Shown here: positions 26,388 through 40,350 of the stretch, piece after piece
Position numbering within the stretch: the first letter of the stretch is position 1
Layout: each line of letters starts with the position of its first letter
Source of the DNA: Octopus vulgaris
Taxonomy: Eukaryota
Reading direction: 5' to 3'
NCBI GenBank assembly: GCA_951406725.2
Contig: OX597823.1
Location: 28,706,001-28,770,000, forward strand
DNA length: 64,000 nt
The notes under the pieces: model-generated
Told to the model about the DNA's origin: nothing
The model's input: the letters and a program-made list of their open reading frames with translations, nothing else
Databases searched by the model: none
Made by a program: the position numbers and the translations under genes

Positions 26388-26433
26388 AACACAACGTTTC
26401 GGCTGATGTACCCTCCAGACTTCATCGGGTGTC
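26388..26433 (-). ncRNA. Minimal type I hammerhead ribozyme, slightly decayed
   Basis: GACAC-CCGAUGA-A-GUCUG gaggguacau CAGCC-GAAA-CGUU/GUGUU. Confidence 0.65.
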
Positions 26434-26540
26434 TTGGGGAAATTTCGAGTCTGGGTTTCTCGATGTTGTCGTTGTTGTTGTTGTTGTTGTTATTATTATT
26501 ATTATTATTATCATCATCATTATTATTATTATTATTATTG

Positions 26541-26608
<68 letters not shown>

Positions 26609-27164
26609 GAGTGAGAGAGCAGTTCATGCCATCAAAGTGACACTGGGGTAAAATATACGAAGCCCAATATACCCATCATGACTACCCGTCTGATAAAGGT
26701 ACACCAGGCACATGCATCACAACCATATGTGCGCGACATGGTGATCTCATATCAAGATAAACAGCACATGACCTTGCAGGTGGGGCCCAGTTAGAATTTT
26801 CTTCAGGTTGAGTAGCCCATCCCGCTCAAACGGTCTCTGAATAAGGGTTGTTTAAGGATGTTGAAAGAACCACCCATGTTTCCAGAGGTGAACTATTCAA
26901 ACCCCAAAGAATCCCTCTCAACACATGGCTATGATGCTCCCCCACTACTTCTGCTCATGATCAGAGATGCACATATCGTCAGCCACTAAGGGACATGCTC
27001 AACTGGTTAAGGTCAAACAACTGACAAGCAAATCTGTGGTATTGAGCAGAATATTTGCTGCAGCCCATCTTTTATACCAAGACAAAACAATGTACATGAT
27101 AACACTTCCAATCAGTTAAGATCAGAAGCCATGAGAGCCACTGCCTGGTACTGCATCAGGGCAT
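26609..27164 (-). mobile_element. ~550-bp non-coding element in (TAA)n, copy 2
   Basis: Near-identical to 970-1517. Confidence 0.8.
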
Positions 27165-27531
<367 letters not shown>

Positions 27532-27989
27532 TTTTTCAGCTCACTGCCTGGAATCGAACTCGGAATCTTGGAGTTAGTAGCCCGCACTATTAACCAAGAT
27601 TAGTGTTTCTTACCTTTTTGTTCGGTTTCTGTTTTGTATATTTGATATTTGTTTGAGTATCCCTGCGACTGCTTTTTGTTTGTATACTGTTTGTATTTTT
27701 GCATGTAGGTTCGTGTGCATATTTGGTTACTTTAGGCTATTCTGCTGTGGAACATTACTACGTGCATTTATGGCAAGATATGTAGCAGATATTTATGATC
27801 AATTATAAATACTTGAAGAGAATATTATGGTATAGACTGAAATTTTTAGTAGATGAGTATATTAATCATATGTAGGCATCGGATTGCCTGAGAGTGTGTT
27901 AGACAGTTAATCAATATGTTGTGAGAGGGAAGTGTGGACAAACAGTTAACGCTTGTTCTTAGTGAACCTGAAAAGAAAGTGGTGCGGAA

Positions 27990-29050
27990 GATCTACTATG
28001 AAAGACTGTAAGCGTTGAGAATGAATAGGAGAAATGGAGCCGTACTTGTTTGAACCCAAAAGAGTGACCAATTCTAGTTGACAGTAGAAGAGTAGATAAG
28101 GTAATTAAAGATATGAAGTCAGGGAAATCCCTGGCTCATAAGGAGTCACTGCAGAGACGTTTAAGTATTTGGTAGAGTTGGATACAGTCTAGTAAACCGT
28201 ATAGTTGAAAACTTACTCAGGAAGGTGTAGACCCCAGTGACTGATGCAGCAGTATCGTAGCCGTCTGCTACAATTACTCAGAAGTAATTATTAGAAGAAT
28301 CAAATTTCTGAACCAGGTGTTGAAAGTTGCAAAGCAAGTTTTAGAACCAATTAAATAGGAACAAAATTAGAATCGATGAAATACAGTTCGGCTTTGCCCT
28401 GAAGAGGTGCACCACAGATACTAACAAGACGTTGTACTTGGCATTTACTGATCTAAAGAACGCTATTGACAGAGTACCTCGCTCTGTGTTATGTTCAGTC
28501 CAGCGTGGCCTAATACAGAAATCTATGATGGTCTCTGAGAAAGCAGGAGGTAGAGAAATAAATTGTGAAAGCAGTACAGGCCATGTACAGGAGTGCTGTT
28601 AATAAGGTAAGGATTGGCCAAGGGTACACAGATGAATTTAATATACAGGCAGGAGTCTACCTAGGGTTGTTCCTCAGCTTACCCCTATTCATCATCATCC
28701 TCCAGGTGAAAACAAAAAAAATTAAGACTAGAAGTGTATGAGAACTCCTTCCTATATGCCGATGATCTTGCGCTCATAGCAGAATCTGTAAAAGAATTAG
28801 AAAAGTTTCAGATGTGGAAACAGAACCTGCAATCAAAACGTTTTAAAGTAAACTTAGCAAAGATCGAGTTAGTAACGAAATTAGACTGGACACTTCACCG
28901 GTATGGTAAATGGCCCTGATCGCAATGTAGGAAAGGTGTAGGCTGAAATTGTGTCCAGTGTATCCAGTGTAAGCAATGCACACTCGAGCGATGCAGTGGA
29001 ATAGTGGGACGGTTAACAAAGAAAGTAATGTTCGTATGTGGAAGATGTCC
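27990..29050 (+). pseudogene. Heavily decayed RTE-group LINE RT
   Basis: Remnant motifs GKSPG..GVTAETFK, IDEIQFGF...TTD, LYLAFTDLKNAIDRVPR, LYADDLALIAES, with many stops and frameshifts. Confidence 0.75.
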
Positions 29051-29059
29051 GGGAGCCAG

Positions 29060-29660
29060 AAAAAACCCACAAATTCGCGGGAAACTGATTTCACAAATAA
29101 GATAGAATACTCAGTTAATTCGAATGACATCAACAAACGATTGAACAAAGCCTCGGATACTAGAAATCAAACAGAACATCATAAAAACAGAATCAAAAAG
29201 CCTCCAGATATACATAAGAATAATAATACGATTAACTGCACATGCCGTAGAAAATCCGTATGTCCGCTCCTGAACCAATGTGCTCAAAAAGATATAGTAT
29301 ATAAATGCATAATATACACATCTCAATATAATTACGTGTACATAGGTGCCACTGAAAATCATTTCAAAGTCCGTTATCGAAACCACATCTCGTCATTCTG
29401 ATAAATAGATAGACGGCACACGACCTCGCTGGCAGAACTGATATGGGGACTGAAAGAATCAAAAATAAAATACCAAATAAAATGGTCAAAAATAAAAAAA
29501 AAACGCACATCCATGTACTTCACAACCCACCAAATGTGATCTTTACCTTCAGGACGCACTGAGTATTCTACTGAGTAATGAAAGTCTAGTGAATAAATAT
29601 GATGGGATAATTCCAAGATGTAACCACCGTACCAAATATGCATTTTCCAGATGGAACAGA
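29060..29660 (+). pseudogene. Naiad-type PLE GIY-YIG endonuclease fragment
   Basis: CxCx5Cx5C linker (CTCRRKSVCPLLNQC), IVYK..YIGAT..FK.RY.NH..SF, then decayed TSL..L.W.LK and C.H..K. Confidence 0.7.
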
Positions 29661-30018
29661 GTATAAATTATAATTATTATTATCCTATCTCGTTAAATCC
29701 ATTTTTTACCGCCGTCACGTATGTATAGGAGTGTGTATTTATGATGGAGCGTTCAGTGATATAACTATGTAGATATAATTATGTACATGGAAATGAGTAG
29801 ATAAATGTATAAGCGTCTATGCATAGATGTGAATGTGTTTATTGATATGTAGGTGAGTATATGTATGCGTGGTGTGTGCGTCTGAATATATGTACGTATA
29901 TTTTATATATATGCATGTATGTGTGTACGTGTCTGCGTGTGAGTGTATGTGCATGTGTGTGTGTGTATGTGTGTATGTATGGAAACACTCAGTGGTGTAC
30001 GGTATATCGGTGTGTATA

Positions 30019-30254
30019 GGGCGGCGAGCTGGCAGAAACGTTAGCGCACCGGGCGAAATGCTTAGCGGTATTTCGTCTGTCATTACGTTCTGAGTTCAAA
30101 TTCCGCCGAGGTCGACTTTGCCTTTCATCCCTTCGGGGTCGATAAATTAAGTACCAGTTACGCACTGGGGTCTATGTAATCGGATTAATCCGTTTGTCTG
30201 TCCTTGTTTGTCCCCTCTATGTTTAGCCCCTTGTGGGTAGTAAAGAAATAGGTA
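30019..30254 (+). mobile_element. tRNA-derived SINE family A, well-preserved copy
   Basis: GGCGGCGAGCTGGCAGAAACGTTAGC...GAGTTCAAATTCC (B box)...GTCGACTTTGCCTTTCATCC..CGGGGTCGATAAA. Confidence 0.85.
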
Positions 30255-30830
30255 TATCGGTGTGTAAGTGATTGTATAAGTATGAGCTAATGGCTGAATG
30301 TATTTTGCATAATGGTACAGTTTGGCATGTGCAGGATAGCATGTTGAAACTGAATAAAGAAACAGACAACGTGCACATTGTAACTCATGTCGAACGTGAT
30401 GACACACTCATACTGAGCGAATTGAAACCACCAGCGTTTGTTACTTTCAAAAAAGAAGCTATGGATGTTTTAGCATAGAAATCTAGATTTCCTTACGGAG
30501 ATAGCAACTGAGTATCATCTGAGGGGATACATATAAATCTTCTTATACAGTTAAATCGTTAAATAATTTAATTTAAATTTAACTTTAAATCCTCTACATA
30601 CGAGGATCTGTATGTATCGAAACATTTGTAGCAATTAAAAAGCTGCCTAACCATACTTACTCTTCCTTTTGGCGCTTTTACGTTTTATTTTCACACACGA
30701 AGAATGCCTAACACTAGAATTGGTAGCATACCATAAGAATACTACCGTCTATTTGGGAATTCTAAGGGTGAACGAGCTCTATTTGTACTCTTATACGTTC
30801 TTAACAGAACACCCCTCAACTGCATGTATG

Positions 30831-30894
<64 letters not shown>

Positions 30895-30899
<5 letters not shown>

Positions 30900-31122
30900 G
30901 GACAAGAACGCATAACATTTAGTAGACGATACAAAAAACACTGACGGGACATTCGAAGCCTTCAATCTTCAGTCAAGAACCGGATCATCCTCGCAATTTC
31001 GGCTGATTAATCTTGAGATTGCTCCAATCTGGCCAGCCTCAAGGAAAAACTAAGCTAAGCGCATTAGATTCCTTGGAAAAAAGCTTCGAATGTATACGAA
31101 ACAAGGACGGAAAACGGACGAT
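30895..31122 (-). mobile_element. Unclassified repeat family D, copy 2
   Basis: Reverse complement of about 13460-13675. Confidence 0.65.
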
Positions 31123-31731
31123 GTATGTATAAATCTCATTTGAGAGTTAACCCTACAGTGTACTCTATTAAGTTCATCCACGGGTTCAAGCCACCATGCA
31201 GACTGTGGCCTGGAGATTGTTTATTTAATCAAACACACACAAGTATCCGCAGCGTTTTGTAATCACAAGAATCAGATGAATAAATCGCTGGTCCCATATC
31301 ATTTGCGGATGAAAACAAAAGATTTTGAGTGAACTGGTTTGAATTAACGGTTGAATTGACCGGTTAATTCAAACCAATTGTATATTTTGTTTAGATTCAC
31401 TTGTAATATGCAAATGTAATCATGGAAACACGCCCAAACTCTGTAAGGATATAAATTATGGATAATTCTATTTTGCAAAATACATTACTTTTATCCATAA
31501 GTCTGACAAGTGGAGTTCGAGACCTAATGAATAACTTGGTGCATATTTTATTGAATAATAAAGCAATGCTCATGAGATCGAATCCCCCATGAAATATTGA
31601 TGTAATAAAAGGGCTTGAACATTCCGTTCTTTTTGTTTGTAGTCATATATATATGTATACACACACACACACACACACACATACACACACACACACACAC
31701 ATATATATATATGTATATGTATATGTATATG

Positions 31732-31779
<48 letters not shown>

Positions 31780-31844
31780 TCTGTGTGTGTGTGCGTGTAT
31801 ATGTATACGCATATACATATACATATATGTATATATATATATAT

Positions 31845-32350
31845 AAATTAATAAAGAAATAAAACATATGCATATATACATACATATATGTACGTACCTA
31901 CCTCTACATGTATATATACATGCATATATGGGTACAGGACACCAAAAAAACGTCGAACACAATGAGAAACGAAAACATAAACGCAAAACCAAGGAAATGG
32001 ACATATTTCTTAAACAACGAAAACATAGTGTACAGGACATACAAAACAAGGAAAATTCCCCTTCTTCAGTCGCCTTTGTTTCATCTACTCCACGTTTTGA
32101 AGGTCAAGGCGATACATGACTTTAATGAAACAATCCTTCCCGCGAAAATCAAATTAAATAAAATTTGAGATTTTTTTTGGAGGGGTAAAAATGGTAACAA
32201 GAACAGGACAGTAACGAAAGTACAAAATATAAACAGTAAAAGACAGGACAAGGAGAATAACAATAACACAAACAAAAAGGGCTGTTAAGCCGAACGAGAT
32301 AAAAAATTTTACGAACGCTATTTTTTTAGGGAGCAACAGATGTGCCGTCT
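31845..32350 (-). mobile_element. Unclassified repeat family E, copy 2
   Basis: Matches 14080-14335; far boundary approximate. Confidence 0.6.
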
Positions 32351-32593
32351 CTACTTGAAGGTAGCCAGGAGAAGAAAGATAGTAGCAGAGTTCTCGTCGC
32401 GGATCAACGACGGGACAGAGGAGGAGTAGAAGAGAAAGGGAGAGAAAAAAAGGGAATGGTTGTAGAGAAAAGAATGAAGAATGAGAGAGAGAGGGGGAGA
32501 GACAGTAAGGTAGAAGAAAAATAAAGACAAAAGAATGAAAGCTGAGAAATATATATATATTAGAAGTTTTGTAGATGATGTACAGGTATTATG

Positions 32594-32775
32594 TATTAGA
32601 AGAAATAAGGTACTCAGAAATCTGGTTGGTTTTATATTTAGAGATTTTTATTAATATGTCAGATGTTTTTATAAATATATGATTTATATATATGATTTAT
32701 AAAATCATGTACCATTAATAAAAATCTATAAATATAAAATCATTCAGATTTCTGAGTACCTCATTTCTTCTAATA
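32594..32775. repeat. Inverted pair of ~60-bp element tails
   Basis: TATTAGAAGAAATAAGGTACTCAGAAATCTG... / ...CAGATTTCTGAGTACCTCATTTCTTCTAATA; a related tail lies at 57720-57800, downstream of the second PLE. Confidence 0.65.
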
Positions 32776-32813
32776 TATATATATTGTTTCTTTCTGTGTT
32801 TCTTTTTTGTGTA

Positions 32814-32851
32814 TCTTTCTGTTGAAGAGCGTAGGCTCGAAACGTAAAAGA
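32814..32851 (+). ncRNA. Minimal type I hammerhead ribozyme, A6U core variant
   Basis: UCUUU-CUGUUGA-A-GAGC guag GCUC-GAAA-C-GUA/AAAGA, in a ~165-bp unit bounded by TA repeats. Confidence 0.75.
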
Positions 32852-32947
32852 CTTGTTTTATTTATATTCCTGAGCACCATACTAATACAATTGTTTGTTT
32901 GTATTCCACCTGCTTTCGTCTTTTGTTTATTTTCATAAAGCTTCCCG

Positions 32948-33003
<56 letters not shown>

Positions 33004-35882
33004 CTTGTAGTATGTTGTGCAAAGCTCGTCCACAGCTATAGGTTACCTGATGTCATCATGCAGTAGAAATATTCCTGCTGCTGGATACACATCAGGAATT
33101 CCATAATATCTGTAGAGTTTACATAAAAAGATAAATGATAGAAAATATAATCAACGACATACTATTTAAAATCACTACAATAGTTTTTCTCACACTGATT
33201 GAAATGAGGAAAGGATTTAACGAAGGACTTATGCAAACAAGCACCAGAGGAAGCGCATTTTACTCTTTGGATGGAAGATAATGATTTCGCAGTATCTCAA
33301 CAGTGTACTAGAAGCGAAAAGAATTTGTGAAACGTTTGTAGTGATTCTAAATAATGTTAATTCCATTCTTTATCATTTGCTCTTCGCTCTTTCAAAATAT
33401 ATTTGCCACAAATTGTACCAGAAGAATACGTAGCCTTCATTTTAAATTATTTCCTAGACATATCACCATAAATACCAGCAGTTTACGACCAAATTAAATT
33501 TACGAATAAGTTACTACGTGACAGTTTCCTTGTTCTTAGGGTTGTATCTGCTTGCAACCTTCCTTTTTATGCGTAATTACAATACAGAATGAATTCTATA
33601 GAATCTTGATATAATGACAAGTAAATCGGTTGATTATTATCACTTGCACTAATTAAATACGCCAACAGAGGAAAAGGAAGCATCTGTTGTTAGCTTGTAA
33701 TACGTTAATGTAATAGAAGGAAAAACCAATAAATAGATGCCGTTCACGGGAAAATATTACCAAACTATGCGATTGCACAGTGTTCAGTGAGGAGGTATTA
33801 CTAATGCTATAATGATCCCCTTTTATAATATATTTGTAATATTTATAATTACTTTTGATTTATTGAAATGATGATATTCCCAAGATGTTTGAGAAATTAA
33901 CACTCTTTTCAGAAAGAAATTTAATGTTTCTGAAGTCACTAATGACAGCCCAGACAACCCAGACAATGCACTTAATCTTCCGAATTCCGAAATTCTTCGG
34001 GTCTTTTTATTTTCTTGATAGAAGCTGCAGAATTCCACAGTTTGGAATTTCCTGGTTTGTCGAAATGAGTATTCGTTTAAAATAGTTCTGTGATAAAGGC
34101 CTTCAAGGTACACAACATCTTCATTGGAGTTTCTTCTTTGCTCTGCAAGAAATATGTTACAAATCACCTGCAAATAACAGTCTTTCGTTTCAAACATGGA
34201 AGCACAGTTTAGATGCTGTTGTTCTAGTTATTCTGCATCTGAAATCATTCAATCGGAACTTCAAAAACAACAGCTGCTCCAGTTAAATCAACAGGAGCAG
34301 GTGCGATAAAAGAACAGCAGCAACAGCTGCAGAAAGAACAACCTACTAAAACAGCAACCGAATTCCTTTCCATCATGTTAACAACATGATGAAACAACAT
34401 TTTCTGGGGACAATCAAGAGAATAACGTTAGGATAGGAGCACAATGGATAATATTTACTGTAGTTTTGATTTTCAGAAAAATTTGCATTTTTTAGAAATG
34501 TCCATTATCTTAACAAAATCAAGTTCAGCAAAGCAAATGGCTCTCACTAAACGCATTAAAAACACATTAGTGCGGCGAAATAAGCAAGGCAGAGCAAGGT
34601 GATTATGTCTCTTCAAATCTCCAGAAATTTAATTGAAAAAAGGGTTTATACACATCTTTATATCCATCCTTAGACATCAGAAATACAATAAAAAGTAAAT
34701 ATAATCTAGGTCAAATGAAAGGATAGCATAGAAAAATGGCACCTGGCATGAAACCGAAGAAACTGCACTAAATCTAAAAACTATTGTTAAGCATATTTGG
34801 GCACCAAACTACCCAGATATTTTATTAACCACCTCAGTTACGAGGAACATTTGGTGCCAAAGTATCTGTCACCTGATTATGTTTCCATCTCGCTCAACTC
34901 CAACAGTCCTTACTTCCGAAGGTGGTGCAAGAGTACGATGGCGCAATGTTTGCTTTGTAATCCTTTCAAACGGGAAGAGAATAAATAAAAATCAGGAATT
35001 ACTCAATTTGCCCATTTAATCCTTTTTGTCTCACCATTCTCTATTAAAATTTACTGTTAGAAGCATCTACGATTACTCAGAACGTATCACCTGTTCGTAT
35101 ACGGGAATACGACAAGCCGTCCAGTCCACTTTCCGCTTTCATACAATATGACCAGTCTCAGAATAATGTAAACGCTGATGGTCTTGGGTCTCTGAGAAAA
35201 TTTGGGCATCGATCAAAATCAACTGTCTGGTGTGTTACTGAGGACCTTTTTGCAAGATCCCTTGGATAATTCCTAGAAATTCAGGATCTTCGAGAGTCAT
35301 CACTGATTCAAGATAAACTCTACAAACACGGAACTACCATCAGCCGAGCGTGGCCGTTGCGTGCAGGACAGTGAAACCGTTCCTCTCGCAATCGTCCAGT
35401 GACTAAGCACTGGTATTTTGTGAAATTATGCCGAACAGATGCTTCAACGTGTTAGTCAGATTCGGCTATCAACTGGACCCATTGGGAATAGTATTATTAA
35501 GCCTTCCTCTGGCCGGAAAAGACAGATATTTTTTATCGTTTGGGAGGGCCTTAGTGAAAGAGGGCGTGTATTTATAGATATTGAAACGTGTGAACACTCA
35601 TATTTTCCTCTTCAGCCAAACTCATATTAACTCAATCAAGTTTTATCTGAGAGAAGTAAAATCGGTATCCAGAAGAAAGTGTTGCCATACAACAAATAAT
35701 TTGAAACATTGATGAAAGTGGCGACAAAGATTCAATTAAGTTGGTTTGCTCTGGGCAAGAGCCAGTAGATTGATGAAGGACAGCTAGACAAGTCTCTTAC
35801 CTTCGTGGTTCAAGTGACTGGGGTTTTCTGGGTTTTCTGCGAATAGCCTTTGGAGTTATCTTCTCTGTTGGGTAATTTTCTT

Positions 35883-36080
35883 TATTACTACCGCCTTAGC
35901 GAAAGCGGAGGTATTGTTTACAGTCGTGTTTGTTTGTTTTTCCGTGGACAAGATATTGAAGACATGCTGGATGGATTCGGATGAAACTCTCAGAGATGTT
36001 TGGCCTTGTGACTGGTAAGAACAGATTAGATTTTTGGACGATCCGGTACCGGATTGGATTCTGGATTATTTGTTATGTTT
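35883..36080 (+). mobile_element. Possible Helentron-associated (DINE-1/HINE-like) element
   Basis: TTACTACCGCC...GCGGAGGTA subterminal inverted repeat, GTTT microrepeat, ATCCGGTACCGGAT palindrome; GGATTCTGGATTATTT recurs near 36750. Confidence 0.4.
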
Positions 36081-36469
36081 ACTTTACTTTACATGAAGGA
36101 TTACGATCTTACGCTCACTTTCAAATCTTCCTCTGATTATCTCCCTTGAAAGCACGCTCATGGTTTCCACGTAAGTTATGGCGGTGTTGTTGGTTCCAAA
36201 GTTTTATTTTCGTTTCTCTATTATAAATTTTACTCGCGTCTCTATCTTAGTTGAAAATAATGAATAAAATAATCGAACTACATAAACAAAAGTCAGCAAA
36301 ACCGTTCAGGCATTAAATAAAACTAACATATTCAGTAACTCTAATAAATTTAATTTATCCTGGACAATTTTTAGTTTTATCAATTTTGAATATATCGCTC
36401 CTGCTTGAAACCTCTTACATACTTGACAATTGCATTTCTAGTTCTGCCCTGAAGCAATCTTTACTTCTT

Positions 36470-36630
36470 GGACTCATGTTCGGTGCGAAACGATGTTGTT
36501 AAATCTCCGTTAACAGCACCGTATGCTGGTCCTTTCCATTTTTTTTTCACGCGCAGATAAAGTTTTCAATATTGACCTTAATGGTCGTAAAGACACTATA
36601 TCAGTGGATACACTAAAAAAGGCCTTCATA
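36470..36630 (+). pseudogene. Gypsy integrase C-terminal (GPY/F) fragment
   Basis: VRNDVVKSPLTAPYAGPF, a frameshift, then RADKVFNIDLNGRKDTISVDTLKKAF. Confidence 0.65.
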
Positions 36631-37060
36631 GAAAAAACTGTCCCTGTTCCCACTGCAGACGACACACACACACAGCATTACAAACATGGCCTCCACACCC
36701 ACCTTCACATTATATGACTATCATTGGGACCGATCACGTATCGGACAAGGATTCTGGATTATTTTTCCTGTTTTTCTTACTTAATTTTTGAGAGATGTCG
36801 GGTTCATTTTTAGTATTCTCGTTTGTGAAAGAAGTCGAGTTTCTTTCTGATATTCTCATTTTAAAAATCATCTCTGGTTAATCGTTGAGAGGACGTTGCT
36901 GTTTCCTTTACGGAGGTTTTCCGTCTCTCAGTTCTCTTGTTTTGAATGTTTTGATTGTTATTCCTCTTGTTTGCATGTTTTTTTTATGTGCTCACACACT
37001 CTTTCGTTCTGTGCCGTTCTCGATCTTTTATTCAATCTTTGTGATTCATAGCTACAATCC

Positions 37061-37242
<182 letters not shown>

Positions 37243-37640
37243 GGTGAACTGGCAGAAACGTTAGCATATTGGGCAAAATGCTTAGCAATATTTCGTCTGC
37301 AGTTACGTTGTGAGTTCAAATTCAGCCGATGTCGACTTAGCCTTTCATCTTTTCGGGGTCGATAAATTAAGTACCACTTACGCACTGGGGTCGATGTAAT
37401 CGACTTAATCCTTTGTCTGTCCCTGTTTGTCCAGTCCATGTTTAGCCCCTTGTGGGTAGTAAAGAAATAGGTATTTCATCGGGCTTTATGTTCTGAGTTC
37501 AAATCCGCCGCGGTCGATCTTGCTTTTCATCCTTTCAGGGCCGATAAATTAAGTATCAGTTTCGTCCTGGGGGTCGATCTAATCGACTGGCTCCCTCCCT
37601 GAAAATGTCGGGCATTGTGCCTAGAGTAGAAAAGAATATT
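37243..37640 (+). mobile_element. SINE family A, tandem/dimeric copy
   Basis: Two successive GAGTTCAAAT...TTTCATC...GATAAATTAAGTA units. Confidence 0.8.
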
Positions 37641-38216
37641 CTTAATAATATTGTGGACTGACAAAATCGTTTGAACTTTGAGCAAAATACCTCGTGATCT
37701 TACGTCCAGCTCTTTACGTCCTGAGCTCAAATGCCAGCAAGGACAACGTTGTCTTTTAGCCCAGATGGGTGGAAAATAAAGTACCAATGATAGACCGGGG
37801 TCGATTTAATGGCATAAACTCCCTCCCATCAAAAGTGCTGACTTCTTAACTGAATTAGAAGCAATTACTATTATCATCTGATTGTTAAGCGGGATTGCAT
37901 AGTTATTATTATACATTCAGATATTTCTAATTCTGTCGTTTCTATATTTCAATAATGTCATAAGTCTTTGCCACTGGTACATTAGCAGCCAGCTTAGAAT
38001 AATCTCTTTGACTTAATAACTGTGAGATAGCAATGGATCAAAATAAAAGAAGCTGAGTGATCTCTTGGTTTTTGTTCCTCACATATGCACTGTTGTGTTT
38101 TTATTCACTTCTCAGTAGTGAAATCATTAACCTCTTAGCAGTGGAGGTCCCTGATTTGTACGTTTGTATACTGCTCTGTTAACGTCAATTGTTTTTAATA
38201 TTAGTGACTCAGATAA

Positions 38217-38432
38217 GGCTGCGAGCTAATAGAACCGTTAGCGCGCCTGCAAAAATGCTTAGCGGCATTTCGTACGTCTTTACGTTCTGGGAGTTCAAAT
38301 GCCACCGGGCCCAACGTTACCTTTTATCCTTTCCGGGTCGATAAAATAATCACCAGTTGAGTACTGGGGTCGCTGTAAACGACCTAACCGCTCCCTTGAA
38401 ATTGCTGGCCTTGTGCTAAAATTTGAAACGAA
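38217..38432 (+). mobile_element. SINE family A, diverged
   Basis: Same motifs as 30019-30254. Confidence 0.7.
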
Positions 38433-38759
38433 TATTAATGATCTGGGTGAACGAATTGACAGAAAGGTGTGAAATACGACTGCTGACTGCTGCTGATGCC
38501 ATCTGCGGTTGCTTTCAGGGTAAGAGGCGGAGAGAAAAGCGAGGGAGAAATTCACTCAAAGGGATAGAACCACTAACAGATTTTTTTTTTTTTTTTTGCG
38601 AGTGAGAGAAGACATATGAAAAAATATTTCTATGTAATTTTTTTCTCATTTGGATGTACTTGTAGATCCAAGTAGATAAGTTAGAATTTCCTTGACAAAT
38701 AAAAAAAGAGGATTTATAAGTATACTCCTTAGTGTAACTTTATATAATAATGTCATCTG

Positions 38760-39193
38760 CTCTAGGCACAAGGCCCGAAATTTTTTGAGAAGGGGCCAGT
38801 TGATTAGATCGAACCCAATATGCAACTGCTACATAATCTATCGACCCCTAAAGGATTAAAGGCAAAGTCGACATCGGCGGAATTTGAACTCACAACGTAA
38901 CGGCAGACGAAATACCGCTAAGCATTTCGCCCGGCGTGCTAACGCTTCTGCCACCTTGCCGCCTTCGTCGGGTAATATATTTTCTTTTCTACTCTAGGCA
39001 CAAGGCTAGGAATTTTGGGGGAGGGGGCCAGTCGATCAGATAAATCCCAGTACGCAACTGGTACTTAATTTATCGAGCCTGAAGGATGAAAGGCAATGTC
39101 GACCTCGGCGGAATTTGAACACAGAACATAAGACAGATAAAATGCAGCTAAGCATTTCGGCCAGCGTGCTAACGCTGCTGTCAGCTCGCCACC
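38760..39193 (-). mobile_element. Two tandem SINE family A copies
   Basis: Units at about 38760-38965 and 38990-39193. Confidence 0.8.
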
Positions 39194-39304
39194 TTAAACA
39201 AATAATGATACTCCAAGAATTATATCTTCGACAGCATCGATTCTTAGGCTGATCTGTTTGAAATTGATCTTTTGTATTAAGAAAAAACTGTACAAACATC
39301 TATC

Positions 39305-39491
39305 TTTTATCTTTTACACTTTTCAGTTATTGATCTGCGGTCCTGCTGTAGCCCTTCCGCAAATCGACAGGTAACTTATTTTTAAAGAAAGTCTAGTACT
39401 TATACTATCGCACACTTTGTCCATCCGCGAAGTAAACAAACCAACACTGGTGATCAAGTGGTGAGGGGTAAACAAATATACTCATATACGG

Positions 39492-39530
<39 letters not shown>

Positions 39531-39740
39531 CGTGTATGTGTGTGCATGTGTGTGTGTAAGTACGTGTGTATGCGTATACGACGGGCTTCATAACGGGTTC
39601 GGTCTATCAAATTCACACTCACAATACATTGGTCGTCCTTGGGCTATAATAGAAATCACTTTCACTGAGTGCCGCACGTGGGAACTGAACCCGAAACGAC
39701 TTGGTTGCAGATTGAGTTTCGTAATTACACATGCCTGTGC
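39305..39740 (-). mobile_element. SINE family B, diverged
   Basis: Collinear with 16580-16963, including the internal microsatellite. Confidence 0.6.
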
Positions 39741-39929
39741 CAATATAAATATAATATATTCGTAAAACCTTTCAGATTTTCGTTTGCCAGAACCATCGCA
39801 AAATTAATTCTTGAATCGTGTGAAATCAAGATCTGATCATATTATACCCCGACCACCTAACCTATCTCGGACATATACTCATCATACATTAACCTACAAG
39901 ATACAAATTATGTACAATAAGATTCTATA

Positions 39930-40350
39930 CTACCTATTTCTTTACTACCCACAAGGGACTAAACACAGAGAGGACAAACAAGGACAGACAAACGGATTAA
40001 GTCGATTATATCGACCCCAGTGCGTAACTGGTACTTATTTAATCGACCCCGAAAAGATGAAAGGCAAAGTCGACCTCGGCGGAATTTGAACTCAGAACGT
40101 ACCGGCAGACGAAATACCTATTTCTTTACTACCCACAAAGGGCTAAACATAGAAGGGACAAACAGGGATAGACAAACGGATTAAGTCGATTATATCGACC
40201 GGAGTGCGTAACTGGTACTTATTTAATCGACCCCGAAAGGATGAAAGGTAAAGTCGACCTCGGCGGAATTTGAACTCAGAACGTAACGTCAGACGAAATA
40301 CCACTAGGCGTTTCGCTCGGCTTGCTAACGGTTCAGCCAGCTCGCCGCCT
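39930..40350 (-). mobile_element. SINE family A with an internal ~185-bp tandem duplication
   Basis: TACCTATTTCTTTACTACCCACAA...GAACTCAGAACGT unit present twice. Confidence 0.85.

Noticed and set aside
27600-27960. Possible PLE RT-thumb remnant on minus (HFPSHN...HSQAIR)
   Set aside because: Single weak motif, too decayed to call.
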